Source of the DNA: an uncultured Candidatus Saccharibacteria bacterium
Lineage (GTDB): Bacteria; Patescibacteriota; Saccharimonadia; Saccharimonadales; CAZDBS01
Assembly (NCBI GenBank): GCA_964503775.1
Contig: CAZDBS010000001.1
Coordinates: 9,621 to 73,620 of the forward strand
Direction of reading: 5' to 3'
DNA length: 64,000 bases
The notes beneath the pieces were generated by a model that made no database searches, was not told the origin of the DNA, and saw only the letters and a program-made list of their open reading frames with translations. Numbering within the stretch: the first letter of the stretch is position 1; each line of letters begins with the position of its first letter. The position numbers and the translations under genes were made by a program. Positions 43,743-54,487 of the stretch are shown in pieces.

Positions 43743-45638
43743 CTACTTATCTTTTTCGTCTACGACTTCACCCTCGACAGGCTCATCGGTTTTCTTGTCA
43801 GTATCCTTTTCTGAGTCAGCATTGGCTTCTGTGCCTTTTGCTGCTTCATACATCTTAGCGCCAATTGGCATAATTTTGTCAGTCAGATCCTTGGCGGCTT
43901 TTTCAATTTCATCTTTATCAGTAGATTCCAGGGCTTTTTTGGCCTCCGTAACAGCCTCATCGATGGTTTTGACATCTTCCTCGGCCAGTTTGTCTTTATT
44001 CTCAGACTTCATCTTTTCAGCTTGGTATATAGCGCTATCCAGCATATTTTTGGCTTCAGCGGCTTCACGCTTCTTCTTGTCTTCCTCGGCGTGTGCTTCA
44101 GCCTCTTTGGCGGCTTTTTCAACCTCGGTTTTATCGAGGTTCCCAGAGTTCTGGATGGTGATGCTCTGTTCTTTACCCGTGCCTTTGTCTTTGGCGGTCA
44201 CATTCAGTATACCGTTGGCATCGAGATTGAACGTCACTTCGATTTGTGGTACGCCGCGAGGCGCTGACGGGATACCGTCCAGTACGAAACGACCCAGGCT
44301 CTTGTTGTCGACCGACATCTCACGTTCTCCTTGCAATACATGAATCTCTACTGACGACTGTCCATCGGCAGCTGTTGAGAATACTTCGTTCTTGCTGGTT
44401 GGGATAGTGGTATTTCGTTCGATGAGTTTAGTCGTCACACCACCCAGAGTCTCGATACCAAGACTTAAGGGCGTTACATCGAGCAGGAGGACGTCTTTGA
44501 CATCTCCCTGCAGGACACCACCTTGGATAGCGGCACCGACAGCCACAACCTCATCAGGATTGACACCTTTGAGCGGTTCTTTGCCAAAGATTTCTTTGAC
44601 CTTATCGATGACAGCCGGCATGCGCGTCATGCCACCAACCAAGACAACTTCGTCGATGTCTTTGGCTTCTAGACCAGCGTCTTTGAGTGCTTTTTTGCAT
44701 GGTTCGACAGTCTTGTCGATCATTTCTTGGACAAGCTCGACGAGCTTAGCGCGCGTTAACTTGTATTCGAAGTGCTTTGGACCATCTGCATCAGCTGTGA
44801 TGAAAGGCAGGTTGATGTCAGCTACTTCGGTTGTCGAGAGCTCTTTCTTGGCCTTCTCGGCTTCGTCTTTGAGGCGCTGCATAGCAGCGTTATCACCTTT
44901 AAGATCGATTCCTTGTTCTTTCTTGAACACCTCTAGGAAGTGGTTGACGATGCGATTGTCGAAGTCTTCGCCACCGAGATGCGTATCACCATTGGTACTC
45001 TTAACTTCAAACACACCATCACCTAGTTCGAGAATAGAGACGTCGAACGTACCACCACCGAGGTCGAAAACCACGATTCTCTCTTCTTTTTTACTGTCCA
45101 GACCGTAAGCCAGAGCGGCAGCAGTTGGCTCGTTGATAATTCGTTTTACCTCGAGTCCAGCGATTTTACCAGCGTCTTTAGTAGCTTGACGCTGCGAGTC
45201 GTCAAAATATGCGGGGACGGTGATGACGGCTTCAGTAACAGGTTCACCTAGGTAGGCCTCGGCGTCGGCTTTCAATTTGCCTAGAATCATAGCGCTGACT
45301 TCTTCCGGGCTATAGTCTTTGTCAGCCATGGTTACTTTGACGCCACTACCGCTTTTCACGATCTTGTAGGGCATGATGTCGATGTCTTTTTGGACTTCCT
45401 TGTCCTCAAACTTGCGACCGATGAGTCGCTTGACACCATAGATGGTATTCGAGGCATTGGTTACACGCTGCCGTTGTGCAACTTGCCCGACGAGACGTTC
45501 GCCGTTTTTGTTGATAGCTACGACAGATGGCGTGGTGCGATTACCTTCAGCATTGGCGATGATTTCTGGCTTGCCAGACACCATGACTGCCATAGCCGAG
45601 TTAGTAGTACCTAAGTCAATTCCGATAATCTTACCCAT
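43743..45638 (-). CDS. dnaK: Chaperone DnaK (Hsp70)
   Basis: [17 protein letters not shown], and universal Hsp70 blocks. Confidence 0.98.
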   Translation of the reverse strand: MGKIIGIDLGTTNSAMAVMVSGKPEIIANAEGNRTTPSVVAINKNGERLVGQVAQRQRVTNASNTIYGVKRLIGRKFEDKEVQKDIDIMPYKIVKSGSGVKVTMADKDYSPEEVSAMILGKLKADAEAYLGEPVTEAVITVPAYFDDSQRQATKDAGKIAGLEVKRIINEPTAAALAYGLDSKKEERIVVFDLGGGTFDVSILELGDGVFEVKSTNGDTHLGGEDFDNRIVNHFLEVFKKEQGIDLKGDNAAMQRLKDEAEKAKKELSTTEVADINLPFITADADGPKHFEYKLTRAKLVELVQEMIDKTVEPCKKALKDAGLEAKDIDEVVLVGGMTRMPAVIDKVKEIFGKEPLKGVNPDEVVAVGAAIQGGVLQGDVKDVLLLDVTPLSLGIETLGGVTTKLIERNTTIPTSKNEVFSTAADGQSSVEIHVLQGEREMSVDNKSLGRFVLDGIPSAPRGVPQIEVTFNLDANGILNVTAKDKGTGKEQSITIQNSGNLDKTEVEKAAKEAEAHAEEDKKKREAAEAKNMLDSAIYQAEKMKSENKDKLAEEDVKTIDEAVTEAKKALESTDKDEIEKAAKDLTDKIMPIGAKMYEAAKGTEANADSEKDTDKKTDEPVEGEVVDEKDK

Positions 45639-45672
45639 AAGATTGCTCCTTTTATGCTAAAAATGTGAGATT

Positions 45673-45699
45673 CTGGCACTCATTATACTACAGTGCCAA
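45673..45699 (-). promoter_or_regulatory. CIRCE-like operator (degenerate) upstream of dnaK
   Basis: ctggcactc-N9-cagtgccaa, compared with the consensus TTAGCACTC-N9-GAGTGCTAA. Confidence 0.55.
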
Positions 45700-45719
45700 T
45701 TGATAGAAATTGTATTATT

Positions 45720-45746
45720 CTGGCACTCTCATGTCAAGAGTGCTAA
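45720..45746 (-). promoter_or_regulatory. CIRCE operator between grpE and dnaK
   Basis: ctggcactc-tcatgtcaa-gagtgctaa. Confidence 0.75.
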
Positions 45747-45748
45747 TC

Positions 45749-46216
45749 CTATTTCGATGAAACTTTTACCATCGCTGGACGGATGACCATGTCGCCGACC
45801 TTATAACCTGATTGCAATTCTTCGACTATTGTCTCTACCTCACCTTCACCTTCTTCCACGCTGACTGCTTCATGCAGGTTTGGATCAAATGGTTCGCCGA
45901 CAGTCTTTATTTTCTCTACACCTAAATCAGATACAGTTTTTTCGAATTGCTTTACAATGCCCTCGATACCGCGTACGAACTCGTTACTCTCCAAGTCTTT
46001 CGGAATGTGTTTTAGAGATCGCTCAAAGTTATCTATGACCGGCAGCAAGTCGCGGATAATACCTGTCTTGACTAAATCTTTGAGTCCAGTTATCTGCTCT
46101 TCGTGACGACGGCGAATATTCATAGCATCTGCCCTCTCGCGTTGCAAAGCTTCAGTCAATTCCCGAAGTTTTGCTTCAAGATCATCGTGCTTTGGGTGCT
46201 GTGGTTTTTTACTCAT
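45749..46216 (-). CDS. grpE: Nucleotide exchange factor GrpE
   Basis: Coiled coil ALQRERADAMNIRRR, and C-terminal FDPNLHEAV...V..GY..GD.VIRPA.V.V. Confidence 0.9.
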   Translation of the reverse strand: MSKKPQHPKHDDLEAKLRELTEALQRERADAMNIRRRHEEQITGLKDLVKTGIIRDLLPVIDNFERSLKHIPKDLESNEFVRGIEGIVKQFEKTVSDLGVEKIKTVGEPFDPNLHEAVSVEEGEGEVETIVEELQSGYKVGDMVIRPAMVKVSSK

Positions 46217-46225
46217 TCTTCCCTC

Positions 46226-46924
46226 CTACAAAACCTGCTCTAATGCTTCACCGGCTCTTTGGACTAAAGCAATCGTACCTCTGTAGCTTTGGCGGGTTGG
46301 ACCCAAAACCCCGATATAACTTCGATCACTATACGGGCTACGGAAACGACTAATAATTAAACTACAACCAGAATTGCGACCTATGGGATTCTCTTGACCA
46401 ATATAGACACTCAACGGTTTGTTAGGCGCCGCTTCACGCAGCCAGGGCTCCAAGTTATCGAGTAAACGAGCTACCTCCTTCACTTGACCTGCTTGCATAA
46501 ATTCCGGCTGACCAAAGAGATTGGAAAGACCACTCATGTACAGCTGATCACCAATTGTAGCGAGACCTAGATTATGTGTCAGTTCGACAAGCGTATCGAC
46601 GGCGTTACGAATGGTGCGCTCGGGTAACCCACCGTCCATCACACGCGTAGTAAGGGCCCGTTCTGCTCGTCGTTCAGAAGCCGTCTCGTCGATATCGGCG
46701 ACATTGTTCACGTAATATCGATAGCCTTTATCGGTAGGGATGCGTCCAGCCGAGGTGTGGGGCTGCATGATGTAGCCTTCTCGTTCAAGATCGGCCATCT
46801 CAGCCCTTATAGTTGCACTAGAGACGTCGAAAGCGCGCGCCAACAGGCTCGAGCCCACTGGGCTCGCTACTTCGGCATATTGCTCAACAATAGCTCTTAG
46901 GATGGCCGTTTGTCTCTCTGTCAT
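46226..46924 (-). CDS. hrcA: Heat-inducible repressor HrcA (compact, ~232 aa)
   Basis: MTERQTAILRAIVEQY...SSATIRAEMADLEREGYIMQPHTSAGRIPTDKGYRYYV wHTH. I chose the start at M22 of the track ORF because the CIRCE operator lies just upstream of it. Confidence 0.85.
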   Translation of the reverse strand: MTERQTAILRAIVEQYAEVASPVGSSLLARAFDVSSATIRAEMADLEREGYIMQPHTSAGRIPTDKGYRYYVNNVADIDETASERRAERALTTRVMDGGLPERTIRNAVDTLVELTHNLGLATIGDQLYMSGLSNLFGQPEFMQAGQVKEVARLLDNLEPWLREAAPNKPLSVYIGQENPIGRNSGCSLIISRFRSPYSDRSYIGVLGPTRQSYRGTIALVQRAGEALEQVL

Positions 46925-46945
46925 ACTGTCTATATGGTAAGTTAG

Positions 46946-46972
46946 CTGGCACTCCGGAGTCAAGAGTGCTAG
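46946..46972 (-). promoter_or_regulatory. CIRCE operator upstream of hrcA-grpE-dnaK-dnaJ
   Basis: Minus strand: ctagcactc-ttgactccg-gagtgccag. Confidence 0.75.
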
Positions 46973-47012
46973 CAGCTTCTCGCGCAATGATATAGTAGAT
47001 TGATAGCACTAT

Positions 47013-47486
47013 ATGGAGGAACTGATGAAACAAGCACCTGATTTTACACTGCCAGACCAAAACGGCACGGAGCACTCTCTGAAAGACTATCGTGGTCACT
47101 GGGTTGTTCTGTATTTTTATCCGCGAGACAATACCCCGGGATGTACCGTCGAAGCGTGTAGTTTCCGTGATGCTCGCGATGCTATCGCCGAGTACGGTAA
47201 CGCAGTGGTGATCGGCATCAGTAAAGATTCAGTCAAAAGTCACGAGAACTTTACTAAGAAGTTTAACCTCAATTTCACTCTGCTCAGCGACCCAAGCACT
47301 GAGACAATCCAGGCTTATGACTCGTGGAAAGAGAAATCAATGTATGGTCGGAAATACATGGGTATCATGCGCAACACTTTTATCATCAACCCTGACGGTG
47401 AAATTGTCAGAGAGTTTATCAAAGTCAGCCCGCTGAAACATGTGAGAGAAATCCTCGACGCCCTCGCCGAACTGCAAAAAGCCTAA
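47013..47486 (+). CDS. bcp: Thiol peroxidase Bcp (peroxiredoxin)
   Basis: APDFTLPDQNG..., YFYPRDNTPGCTVEAC (peroxidatic and resolving Cys, CxxxxC). Confidence 0.9.
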   Translation: MEELMKQAPDFTLPDQNGTEHSLKDYRGHWVVLYFYPRDNTPGCTVEACSFRDARDAIAEYGNAVVIGISKDSVKSHENFTKKFNLNFTLLSDPSTETIQAYDSWKEKSMYGRKYMGIMRNTFIINPDGEIVREFIKVSPLKHVREILDALAELQKA

Positions 47487-47531
47487 AATTCTAATGGTAC
47501 TTGCGTAGAGGACCGTCCCCTACGCAAGTAC

Positions 47532-49409
47532 TTAGTCGCGTTTTAGCATGACTGTAAAGGCCTCGGCGGGGATGTCGACTTTACCGAAGCGCTTCATACG
47601 CTCTTTGCCCTTTTTCTGCTTAGCCCACAACTTTTTCTTGCGTGAGACGTCGCCGCCATAGAGATACCCGGTCACGTCTTTTTTCATAGCTGGGATATCC
47701 TCTCGAGCGATAAACTTACCGCCGATAGCAGCCTGGAGACTAACTTGGAACATTTGTCTGGGGATGACTTCTTTAAGCTTTTCAACCGTCTCTCGGCCAA
47801 TTGTTTGCGACTCCGAACGATGCACCATAATACTTAGTGCATCGACACGGTCACCAGCGACGTAGAAATCCAAACGCACTAGATCCTCAGCTCGATAATC
47901 GTTCAGTTCATAATTGAACGACCCGTAACCACTGGTGATACTTTTGAGCTGGTCATAAAAATTGGTGAGCAGGTTTGCCAAAGGAGCTTCAAAGTCTATA
48001 ACCGCCAGCTGGGCGTCGACGTAGTTGATATTTTTGTGTTGTCCACGAGAAGTCGTGATAAGTTGCAGTACTGAACCGACGAAAGTCTTCGGGCAAACTA
48101 CCTCACCCTTGATCCATGGTTCGCGAATCTCTCGGATACTTGCCACATCAGGCAACTCCGAAGCCGATTTGATAATCAGTTCCTCGCCGTTCAACAGCGA
48201 CACTTCGTAGTCTGTTGATGGGTTAGTTATGATGAGTTCGAGATTGTATTCACGTTCCAAACGCTCTTTTACGATGTCCATATGAAGCAAACCCAGGAAA
48301 CCAACTCGGAAGCCAAAACCAAGCACCGGTGAGTTTTCAGGATCAAATACTAGTGCCGAGTCACTTAGTGATAATTTGGCGATAGCGTCTTTGAGTAGTT
48401 GGTAATTCTCATTGCTGTCAGGGAATAGCCCAGCGTAGACGAATGGCTTCACGTCTTTATATCCCGGTAACTGCTCGACACTCGGGTTTTTGACGAGCGT
48501 CACAGTATCACCGACCTTGGCTTCACTGGTCGATTTCAGGTTGGTGATGATGTAGCCGATCTCGCCAGTGGTAAGTGCCGGTTGTGAACTGGTATTTGGT
48601 ACCAGCGAACCAACTTCGAGAGCAATGCCCTGACTCCCGGTGCCGATCATCAGTATAGCGTCGCTTTTATTTATGCGACCGTCCACAACGCGAGCATAGA
48701 GGATAACGCCTCGATAGTCGTCGTAATAGCTGTCAAAGATAAGAGCTCTAGCGGGCGCCTCGACATCACCATGTGGTGGTGGGACTAGTCGAACGACATG
48801 CTCCAAGACCTCATCGACTCCCTGGCCAGTTTTTGCCGAGATAAGTAATATGTCTTCTTTCTTGCAGCCCAGAAGACTGACAACTTCATTGCTTACGCGT
48901 TCGACATCAGCGGCTGGCAGATCAATTTTGTTCAGCACAGGGATAATCGTCAAATCTGCGGCCAGAGCCAAGTACACGTTCGCCAGAGTCTGAGCCTGGA
49001 TTCCTTGAGATGCATCGACGACGAGCAGCGCGCCCTCACAGGCCTCCAGACTACGGGACACTTCATAGCTAAAATCAACATGCCCAGGGGTATCGATCAG
49101 GTTTAATTCGTAATCTTTGTACTTCATCCGTACTGGTGCCAACTTGATGGTAATGCCCTTCTCACGCTCCAGATCCATCTTGTCTAACAGCTGTTCTTTC
49201 ATCAAGCGCTTTTCGACTGTTCCGGTCAACTCGAGCAAACGATCAGCCAGCGTGCTCTTGCCATGATCTATATGCGCAATAATACAAAAATTCCGAATCA
49301 TTGACTGATCGGTCACACTGCCCTGCTTAGCGCCAGAGTCGCTAACTCTGGCAGTGTTTTTGGCGAATTGCGGCGTTAACGACTCCGATGCTCGCTCATC
49401 GTATGTCAT
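47532..49409 (-). CDS. lepA: Elongation factor 4 (LepA)
   Basis: IRNFCIIAHIDHGKSTL G1 motif, DTPGH, NKID, and the LepA C-terminal domain. The start is uncertain: TTG 49454, ATG 49409 or ATG 49301 (MIRNF). The Ser/Glu-rich N-terminal extension is unusual. Confidence 0.9.
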   Translation of the reverse strand: MTYDERASESLTPQFAKNTARVSDSGAKQGSVTDQSMIRNFCIIAHIDHGKSTLADRLLELTGTVEKRLMKEQLLDKMDLEREKGITIKLAPVRMKYKDYELNLIDTPGHVDFSYEVSRSLEACEGALLVVDASQGIQAQTLANVYLALAADLTIIPVLNKIDLPAADVERVSNEVVSLLGCKKEDILLISAKTGQGVDEVLEHVVRLVPPPHGDVEAPARALIFDSYYDDYRGVILYARVVDGRINKSDAILMIGTGSQGIALEVGSLVPNTSSQPALTTGEIGYIITNLKSTSEAKVGDTVTLVKNPSVEQLPGYKDVKPFVYAGLFPDSNENYQLLKDAIAKLSLSDSALVFDPENSPVLGFGFRVGFLGLLHMDIVKERLEREYNLELIITNPSTDYEVSLLNGEELIIKSASELPDVASIREIREPWIKGEVVCPKTFVGSVLQLITTSRGQHKNINYVDAQLAVIDFEAPLANLLTNFYDQLKSITSGYGSFNYELNDYRAEDLVRLDFYVAGDRVDALSIMVHRSESQTIGRETVEKLKEVIPRQMFQVSLQAAIGGKFIAREDIPAMKKDVTGYLYGGDVSRKKKLWAKQKKGKERMKRFGKVDIPAEAFTVMLKRD

Positions 49410-49506
49410 ATACGACTCGCTCTGCTTCTCGTCGTAGCCTTGCACTTCAACCAAACCGACTGCAATGATTTAGAGAATTGATTCATATCCAGCAGAGTAT
49501 AACAGA

Positions 49507-51102
49507 TCAGGTGATTGGACTATCGGGTTTGGCTTGGAAGAATATGGCCCGTTTGACTCTTTTTATAATCGGATCAGCTTCACGAAGCTTGAACAATGCC
49601 GAGACGATGACATACACGATCATGCTGCAACCGACGATGATACTGAACTTAGGCATGAGCGAGAAAAGCCCCTTGTCAGAGACTCGCAACGGCAAAACCC
49701 TTATAAGAGTATAGAGAACAAACGACATGATACCCGTCGCTGAAATCATCCGCAGGATACCTGTCAGAAACGACATAGTGAAAAATCCAGGGTAACGTTT
49801 CGTCAGAACAGTGATCAGAATCATCACTTCCACAAGCGCGGTTAGAGATTGGGCAATTGCTAGGCCTTGTATGCCATAAGCACCTGGCCTGGCAAGTGTA
49901 ATGGCGAGGGTGATGTTAAGCAATATCGAGAAAACCGAGATTTTGAGCGGCGTTTTGGTATCGTGATGAGCATAATAGACACGAGACATGATATGGAATA
50001 TCGAACGGAAGAAAATCGATACCACTAGTAACCCGACCAGGGAGGCCACGACCTTGTTGCCCTGACCCGTGACGAGACGAACTAGATATCCGCGACCAAA
50101 ATAAGCTATGGCACTGACCGGCATCGCCAGCCAGATGATAATTCGAAGTACTGCGAGTAGTTCCTTTTTGAACAGATCAGGACGACCCTGGTTGATACGC
50201 TCCGTCATCTGCGGGAATGCCGCCGTTGATATCGCGACACCGATGAGGTTGATTGGCACAGCATGTAGGTTGAAAGCGACCTGATATAGACCGACCGCTG
50301 TCTTACTGATCCCCGAAGCGATGTTATTCTCGACGATGTTATTCACATAGTCAATGCTCTGGTCAAAAGAACGAGCCGGCAAGATGCGCAAAACTTCCCG
50401 AAATCCATGGTTTTTCCAAAAAATCCTGGGGAAGTAAACGAACCCTAAGCCCTGTAGCCCACTGGCCGCAGTGATGAGCTGCACGATGGCTCCGATGATC
50501 ACGCCGAAAGCTACACCCTCTATACCGAAGCGCGGGTAGAGATAGATGACCCCGAGGATGATACAGAGATTGTAAACAGACGGTGCCAACGCTACGAAGA
50601 AAAATCGCCTGACAGCTTGTTGCATACTAGCCATCACGCTCGAGATCGCAAACAGGAATGGATTGACAGACATTAACCTCATCATTGTCGCTACGTGAGC
50701 CTGTAGTTCACTGTCAAAACCAGGCGCCAGTAATTTACTGAGAGGCCCCGCAAAAATAATCATGATGATCGAAGCAATGAGAGCCAACAGAGCCATGAAG
50801 TTCATCAGACTTGACGACAGCTCCCAGGCTGATTTGCGGTTGCCCTTGCTCAGACGCTCGCTGAGTATTGGAATAAACGTCACACTTAGTGCGCCGGAGG
50901 TCAGTATGGCAAACATGAAATCCGGTACGCGGAATGCCGTTAGGTAGGCGCTATACAATGGATTGTTTAGTCCAACATTACCGGCCAGTAAGCGTTCGCG
51001 CCATAATCCTAAGAACATCGACATAAATGCCGAACCTGATAACAACCAGGCAGCATTGCCGACAGTTAGTTTGGCATTGGCACGTCTAAGGAAGCGATTC
51101 AT
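49507..51102 (-). CDS. murJ: Lipid II flippase MurJ (MviN)
   Basis: 14-TM MOP-family layout, with LGLWRERLLAGNVG and AFRVPDFMFAIL N-terminal blocks typical of MurJ. Confidence 0.85.
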   Translation of the reverse strand: MNRFLRRANAKLTVGNAAWLLSGSAFMSMFLGLWRERLLAGNVGLNNPLYSAYLTAFRVPDFMFAILTSGALSVTFIPILSERLSKGNRKSAWELSSSLMNFMALLALIASIIMIIFAGPLSKLLAPGFDSELQAHVATMMRLMSVNPFLFAISSVMASMQQAVRRFFFVALAPSVYNLCIILGVIYLYPRFGIEGVAFGVIIGAIVQLITAASGLQGLGFVYFPRIFWKNHGFREVLRILPARSFDQSIDYVNNIVENNIASGISKTAVGLYQVAFNLHAVPINLIGVAISTAAFPQMTERINQGRPDLFKKELLAVLRIIIWLAMPVSAIAYFGRGYLVRLVTGQGNKVVASLVGLLVVSIFFRSIFHIMSRVYYAHHDTKTPLKISVFSILLNITLAITLARPGAYGIQGLAIAQSLTALVEVMILITVLTKRYPGFFTMSFLTGILRMISATGIMSFVLYTLIRVLPLRVSDKGLFSLMPKFSIIVGCSMIVYVIVSALFKLREADPIIKRVKRAIFFQAKPDSPIT

Positions 51103-51160
51103 TACCGACTAATTATAGGGACGTCGTCCTTTTCCACCAAGCCGATATATTTCGAGGTTT

Positions 51161-53041
51161 CTAAGCCAGAAGTGCAGCGTCTTTGGGTAATTTAGTACCA
51201 ACAAAAAGTTTCTTCACTTCGTCAGCGTCTAGGGTTTCTTTCTCTAGTAGGGCGACTTTGATCTTCTCCAGGAACACTTGGTTTTGTCTGATAACGACCT
51301 CGGCTCGCTTGGCGGCTTCATCGATAAGCTCGGCGACTTCCTCGTCAATCATCTTGGCTGTTTCTTCTGAGTAGTTACGTTCATGAACCAAGCGATCTAA
51401 CATCATGCCATCCTCAGTATGAAACGCTTTGTTGCGAAGTTTGGAACCCATCCCCTGCTCAGCTACCATCTCGCGAGCCATTTGTGCCGCTTTCTGGAGA
51501 TCGTTGCCAGCACCCGTGGTGACCGAGTTGTCACCATAGATAACCTTTTCGGCTACACGTCCACCCAAGACACGAGCCAATACGTCTTTGTACTCGTTGA
51601 TTGAATGATAACTTTTGTCATCTTCATCGAGGAACCAAGTGACCCCGCCCGTACCGCCTCTCGGGATGATTGTGACCTTGTGGACATAACTTTCGCGTGA
51701 GAGTACTGCACCTACTAGCGCATGACCGCCCTCGTGGTAAGCAGAAAGTTCTTTTTCCCTGTCTGACATGGCTCTAGACTTACGCTCAGGACCGATAGCA
51801 ACCTTCTCGAAAGCTTCGGTAACATCAGAATCGGTGATGATCTTGCGATTGTTGCGTGCGGCGATGATTGCCGCTTCGTTGGCTAGGTTGGCAAGGTCTG
51901 CCCCAGCCATGCCAGCTGTTTTCTTCGATAATTCTTTGATCTTCACAGTCGAGTCGAGTGGTTTTTTGTCGAAGTGGACTTTGAGAATCGCTTCGCGTTC
52001 AGCCCGTTCCGGGAGGCTGATCATCACCCGACGATCAAAGCGTCCAGGACGTAGCAACGCCGGATCAAGCACGTCTGCTCGGTTGGTTGCCGCCAGCACT
52101 ATGACATTGGTACCTTGTTCGAACCCGTCCATCTCCACCAATATCTGATTGAGAGTTTGTTCACGTTCATCGTGTCCGCCGCCCATACCCGACCCACGAC
52201 GACGCCCGACGGCATCAATCTCGTCGATGAAGATGATGCAAGGCGCATTCTTCTTGGCTTTGGCGAACAGATCACGGACACGCGAGGCACCAACACCCAC
52301 GAACATCTCGACGAACTCTGATCCAGAGATTGAGAAAAACGGAACATTGGCTTCGCCAGCCACCGCACGGGCCAACATCGTCTTACCAGTACCGGGAGGG
52401 CCTACAAGCAGCACACCTTTAGGAATTTTGGCGCCAACTTCTTCGAATTTCTTCGGAAATTTGAGAAACTCCACAACTTCCTGCAAATCCTGCTTCGCCT
52501 CAGCATTACCGGCAACGTCTTTAAAACTAACTATGTCCTTCTCGTTGCCATAGAGCCGAGCTTTGGATTTTCCGAAACTCATCGCTTGATTACCCTGACC
52601 CTGAGCCTGTTTCATCATCCAGAATATGCCAAGGAAGAACAACAGAGGTATAAACAGTTGTCCACCAATGATCCACAGACTCCCGGTATCTGATTCTTTG
52701 CGATACTCCGTAGCAACTTTGGTAGTATCTAAGCCTTCATCCTTGAGACTTGTTTGAGGGTCTTTGCGACTTTTGAGAGTCGGCTTGTCTTTGTCGCGTT
52801 CGGTTATATCGATATTGCCACTGCTGATACCAACCTCGAGTTTTTTCAGCTCCCCGTTGTTGGCGCGCGTCACAACCTCAGAAAGCGGAATCTCCTTCAA
52901 TGTCGGTTTGTTGCCAGACGTCGCCGCCCACACCACTAGGCCTATGAGCACCAACAGTGCCAAGAAGCCGGCATTTTTCATCCCGCGACGACCGGGTTTC
53001 GGTACATTTGCCATACGTTTTTTCTCCATAGCTTTCTTCAT
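51161..53041 (-). CDS. ftsH: ATP-dependent zinc metalloprotease FtsH
   Basis: [22 protein letters not shown], the SRH region, and the zinc site HEGGHAL. Confidence 0.97.
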   Translation of the reverse strand: MKKAMEKKRMANVPKPGRRGMKNAGFLALLVLIGLVVWAATSGNKPTLKEIPLSEVVTRANNGELKKLEVGISSGNIDITERDKDKPTLKSRKDPQTSLKDEGLDTTKVATEYRKESDTGSLWIIGGQLFIPLLFFLGIFWMMKQAQGQGNQAMSFGKSKARLYGNEKDIVSFKDVAGNAEAKQDLQEVVEFLKFPKKFEEVGAKIPKGVLLVGPPGTGKTMLARAVAGEANVPFFSISGSEFVEMFVGVGASRVRDLFAKAKKNAPCIIFIDEIDAVGRRRGSGMGGGHDEREQTLNQILVEMDGFEQGTNVIVLAATNRADVLDPALLRPGRFDRRVMISLPERAEREAILKVHFDKKPLDSTVKIKELSKKTAGMAGADLANLANEAAIIAARNNRKIITDSDVTEAFEKVAIGPERKSRAMSDREKELSAYHEGGHALVGAVLSRESYVHKVTIIPRGGTGGVTWFLDEDDKSYHSINEYKDVLARVLGGRVAEKVIYGDNSVTTGAGNDLQKAAQMAREMVAEQGMGSKLRNKAFHTEDGMMLDRLVHERNYSEETAKMIDEEVAELIDEAAKRAEVVIRQNQVFLEKIKVALLEKETLDADEVKKLFVGTKLPKDAALLA

Positions 53042-53988
53042 TATACTGTCTCCCCACCTCTATCCACAATCTGAATACGTTCACGCCAAATTTTCATATC
53101 TATATGATGACATACATTGATAAGTTTACGAGATGGTAGATTCATGATCCCGTATAGTAGTCTATCGACAGATCTGCGGTCAACATCCCTAGCTTGATGC
53201 TGACGCAATACTGCCATCAACACTTCCCTTTGTACTTCTATTGGCAGCGAACGAAAATGATCTCGATCATAGCTATGTAACTCCTCGGTCTTGAGATTAT
53301 CAATTACGTCTTCGAGCATACTATCGATCTCTGTGTTGATAACTCTCATGACAGCAATGATTGATCTTAACTGGTCACACGCAGATGGATCTGCTTCGTA
53401 GAGTTTAGGCAAGACTACATGCCGGATGTAGTTGCGTCTGTATCTGGTATCAACGTTCGACGAGTCCTCGTGCCATTTCAGATGATGTTGTCTGGCATAC
53501 TCGACGAGTCTAGATTTTGGCATGTCGAGTAATGGTCGTACATATTCTCTGGTACTAGCCAGGCTTGTAAGTCCTCTTCGACCTGTACCACGCATGATGT
53601 TGTGCACCGCGGTTTCGATGACGTCATCCTCATGATGAGCGGTGATGATTGCCTCCGCCCCATACGTTTCCCTCGCTTCATTGAGAAATGCATAGCGGTT
53701 CTCTCTCGCCGTTGCTTCACTCGTATCTGGACCTAGGCTACCTCTGCCCAACACAAACTCCAGCCCGTAGTCTTTAGCAACTTTCTGTACGAGCTCAGCA
53801 TCAGCGTGACTATCTGACCGAATGCCATGATCGAAGTGCGCCACAACTAGCCTAGGTTGCGATTTCAGTAGTTGGATTTCGGAGTTTACTAACATATGCA
53901 ATAAAACCATTGAATCCACCCCGCCCGATACGGCGACAATATAGACTGATTCGCTTGTCATGATCCGTATCATATCAAAAGGCTTCAT
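53041..53988 (-). CDS. tilS: tRNA(Ile)-lysidine synthase TilS
   Basis: PP-loop VAVSGGVDSMVLLHML. The stop overlaps the ftsH ATG by 1 nt. The start is uncertain (53961-54021), and the longest form abuts the tRNA at 54022. Confidence 0.85.
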   Translation of the reverse strand: MKPFDMIRIMTSESVYIVAVSGGVDSMVLLHMLVNSEIQLLKSQPRLVVAHFDHGIRSDSHADAELVQKVAKDYGLEFVLGRGSLGPDTSEATARENRYAFLNEARETYGAEAIITAHHEDDVIETAVHNIMRGTGRRGLTSLASTREYVRPLLDMPKSRLVEYARQHHLKWHEDSSNVDTRYRRNYIRHVVLPKLYEADPSACDQLRSIIAVMRVINTEIDSMLEDVIDNLKTEELHSYDRDHFRSLPIEVQREVLMAVLRQHQARDVDRRSVDRLLYGIMNLPSRKLINVCHHIDMKIWRERIQIVDRGGETV

Positions 53989-54021
53989 AACAGATAAGAA
54001 ATATGATAGTATTCCCCTCAC

Positions 54022-54098
54022 GGCAGGGTAGCTCAGTTGGTTAGAGCACAGGACTCATAAGCCTGGGGTCGCGAGTTCAAATCTCGCCCCTGCTACCA
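54022..54098 (+). tRNA. tRNA with CAU anticodon (elongator Met or Ile2/lysidine substrate), CCA encoded
   Basis: ggcaggg-ta-gctc-agttggtta-gagc-a-cagga-ctCATaa-gcctg-gggtc-gcgag-ttcaaat-ctcgc-ccctgct-a-cca. The overall sequence resembles elongator tRNA-Met. Confidence 0.85.
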
Positions 54099-54103
54099 AA
54101 TCA

Positions 54104-54128
54104 AAAACCCCGAGTAATCGGGGTTTTT
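54104..54128 (+). terminator. Rho-independent terminator after tRNA-CAU
   Basis: aaaaaccccg-agtaat-cggggttttt. Confidence 0.75.
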
Positions 54129-54487
54129 GATTGATTCATCTACTCGCCTTATGAGGCGGATGACTCACTGAGTAATTCGTCGATCCAGTCAAACCTTTCA
54201 TCAGGCGTGTCTGAAAGCTCATACTCAAATTTGTATTGATTAGATTCTGGTGATTTAGCCATTGTTTTCTACCCTTTTTCTGCGTCCACAGTTCCTAAGA
54301 ACTGCGGGTTACTGTTTAATGTTTGTTGTCATGACAGTGATTAAATATTAGCATAAGCTTGTTATTTTGTCAATAACTTTCTACTGGTACTATTATCCCT
54401 GCCTGTAGCGCCAGGGTATTTATATTGCATATCAGTTATGTTAAAATTCCAGTAGTTTTATCAAACAAAAACGACTAAACTTCAGAT

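Noticed and set aside
43729-45108. ORFs of 204 aa and 238 aa antisense to dnaK, with further antisense ORFs at 45390-45660.
   Set aside because: These are shadow ORFs of a highly conserved Hsp70 gene. They have no motifs, are Ser/Leu/Pro-rich, and have no independent RBS.
51183-53120. Multiple ORFs of 60-134 aa antisense to or overlapping ftsH.
   Set aside because: These are shadow frames within a universally conserved gene.
54149-54262. A 37-aa acidic minus-strand ORF (MAKSPESNQYKFEYELSDTPDERFDWIDELLSESSAS) downstream of the tRNA-CAU terminator.
   Set aside because: It has only a weak RBS and no recognisable family, and it is very short. It may be real, but I cannot support it from sequence alone.
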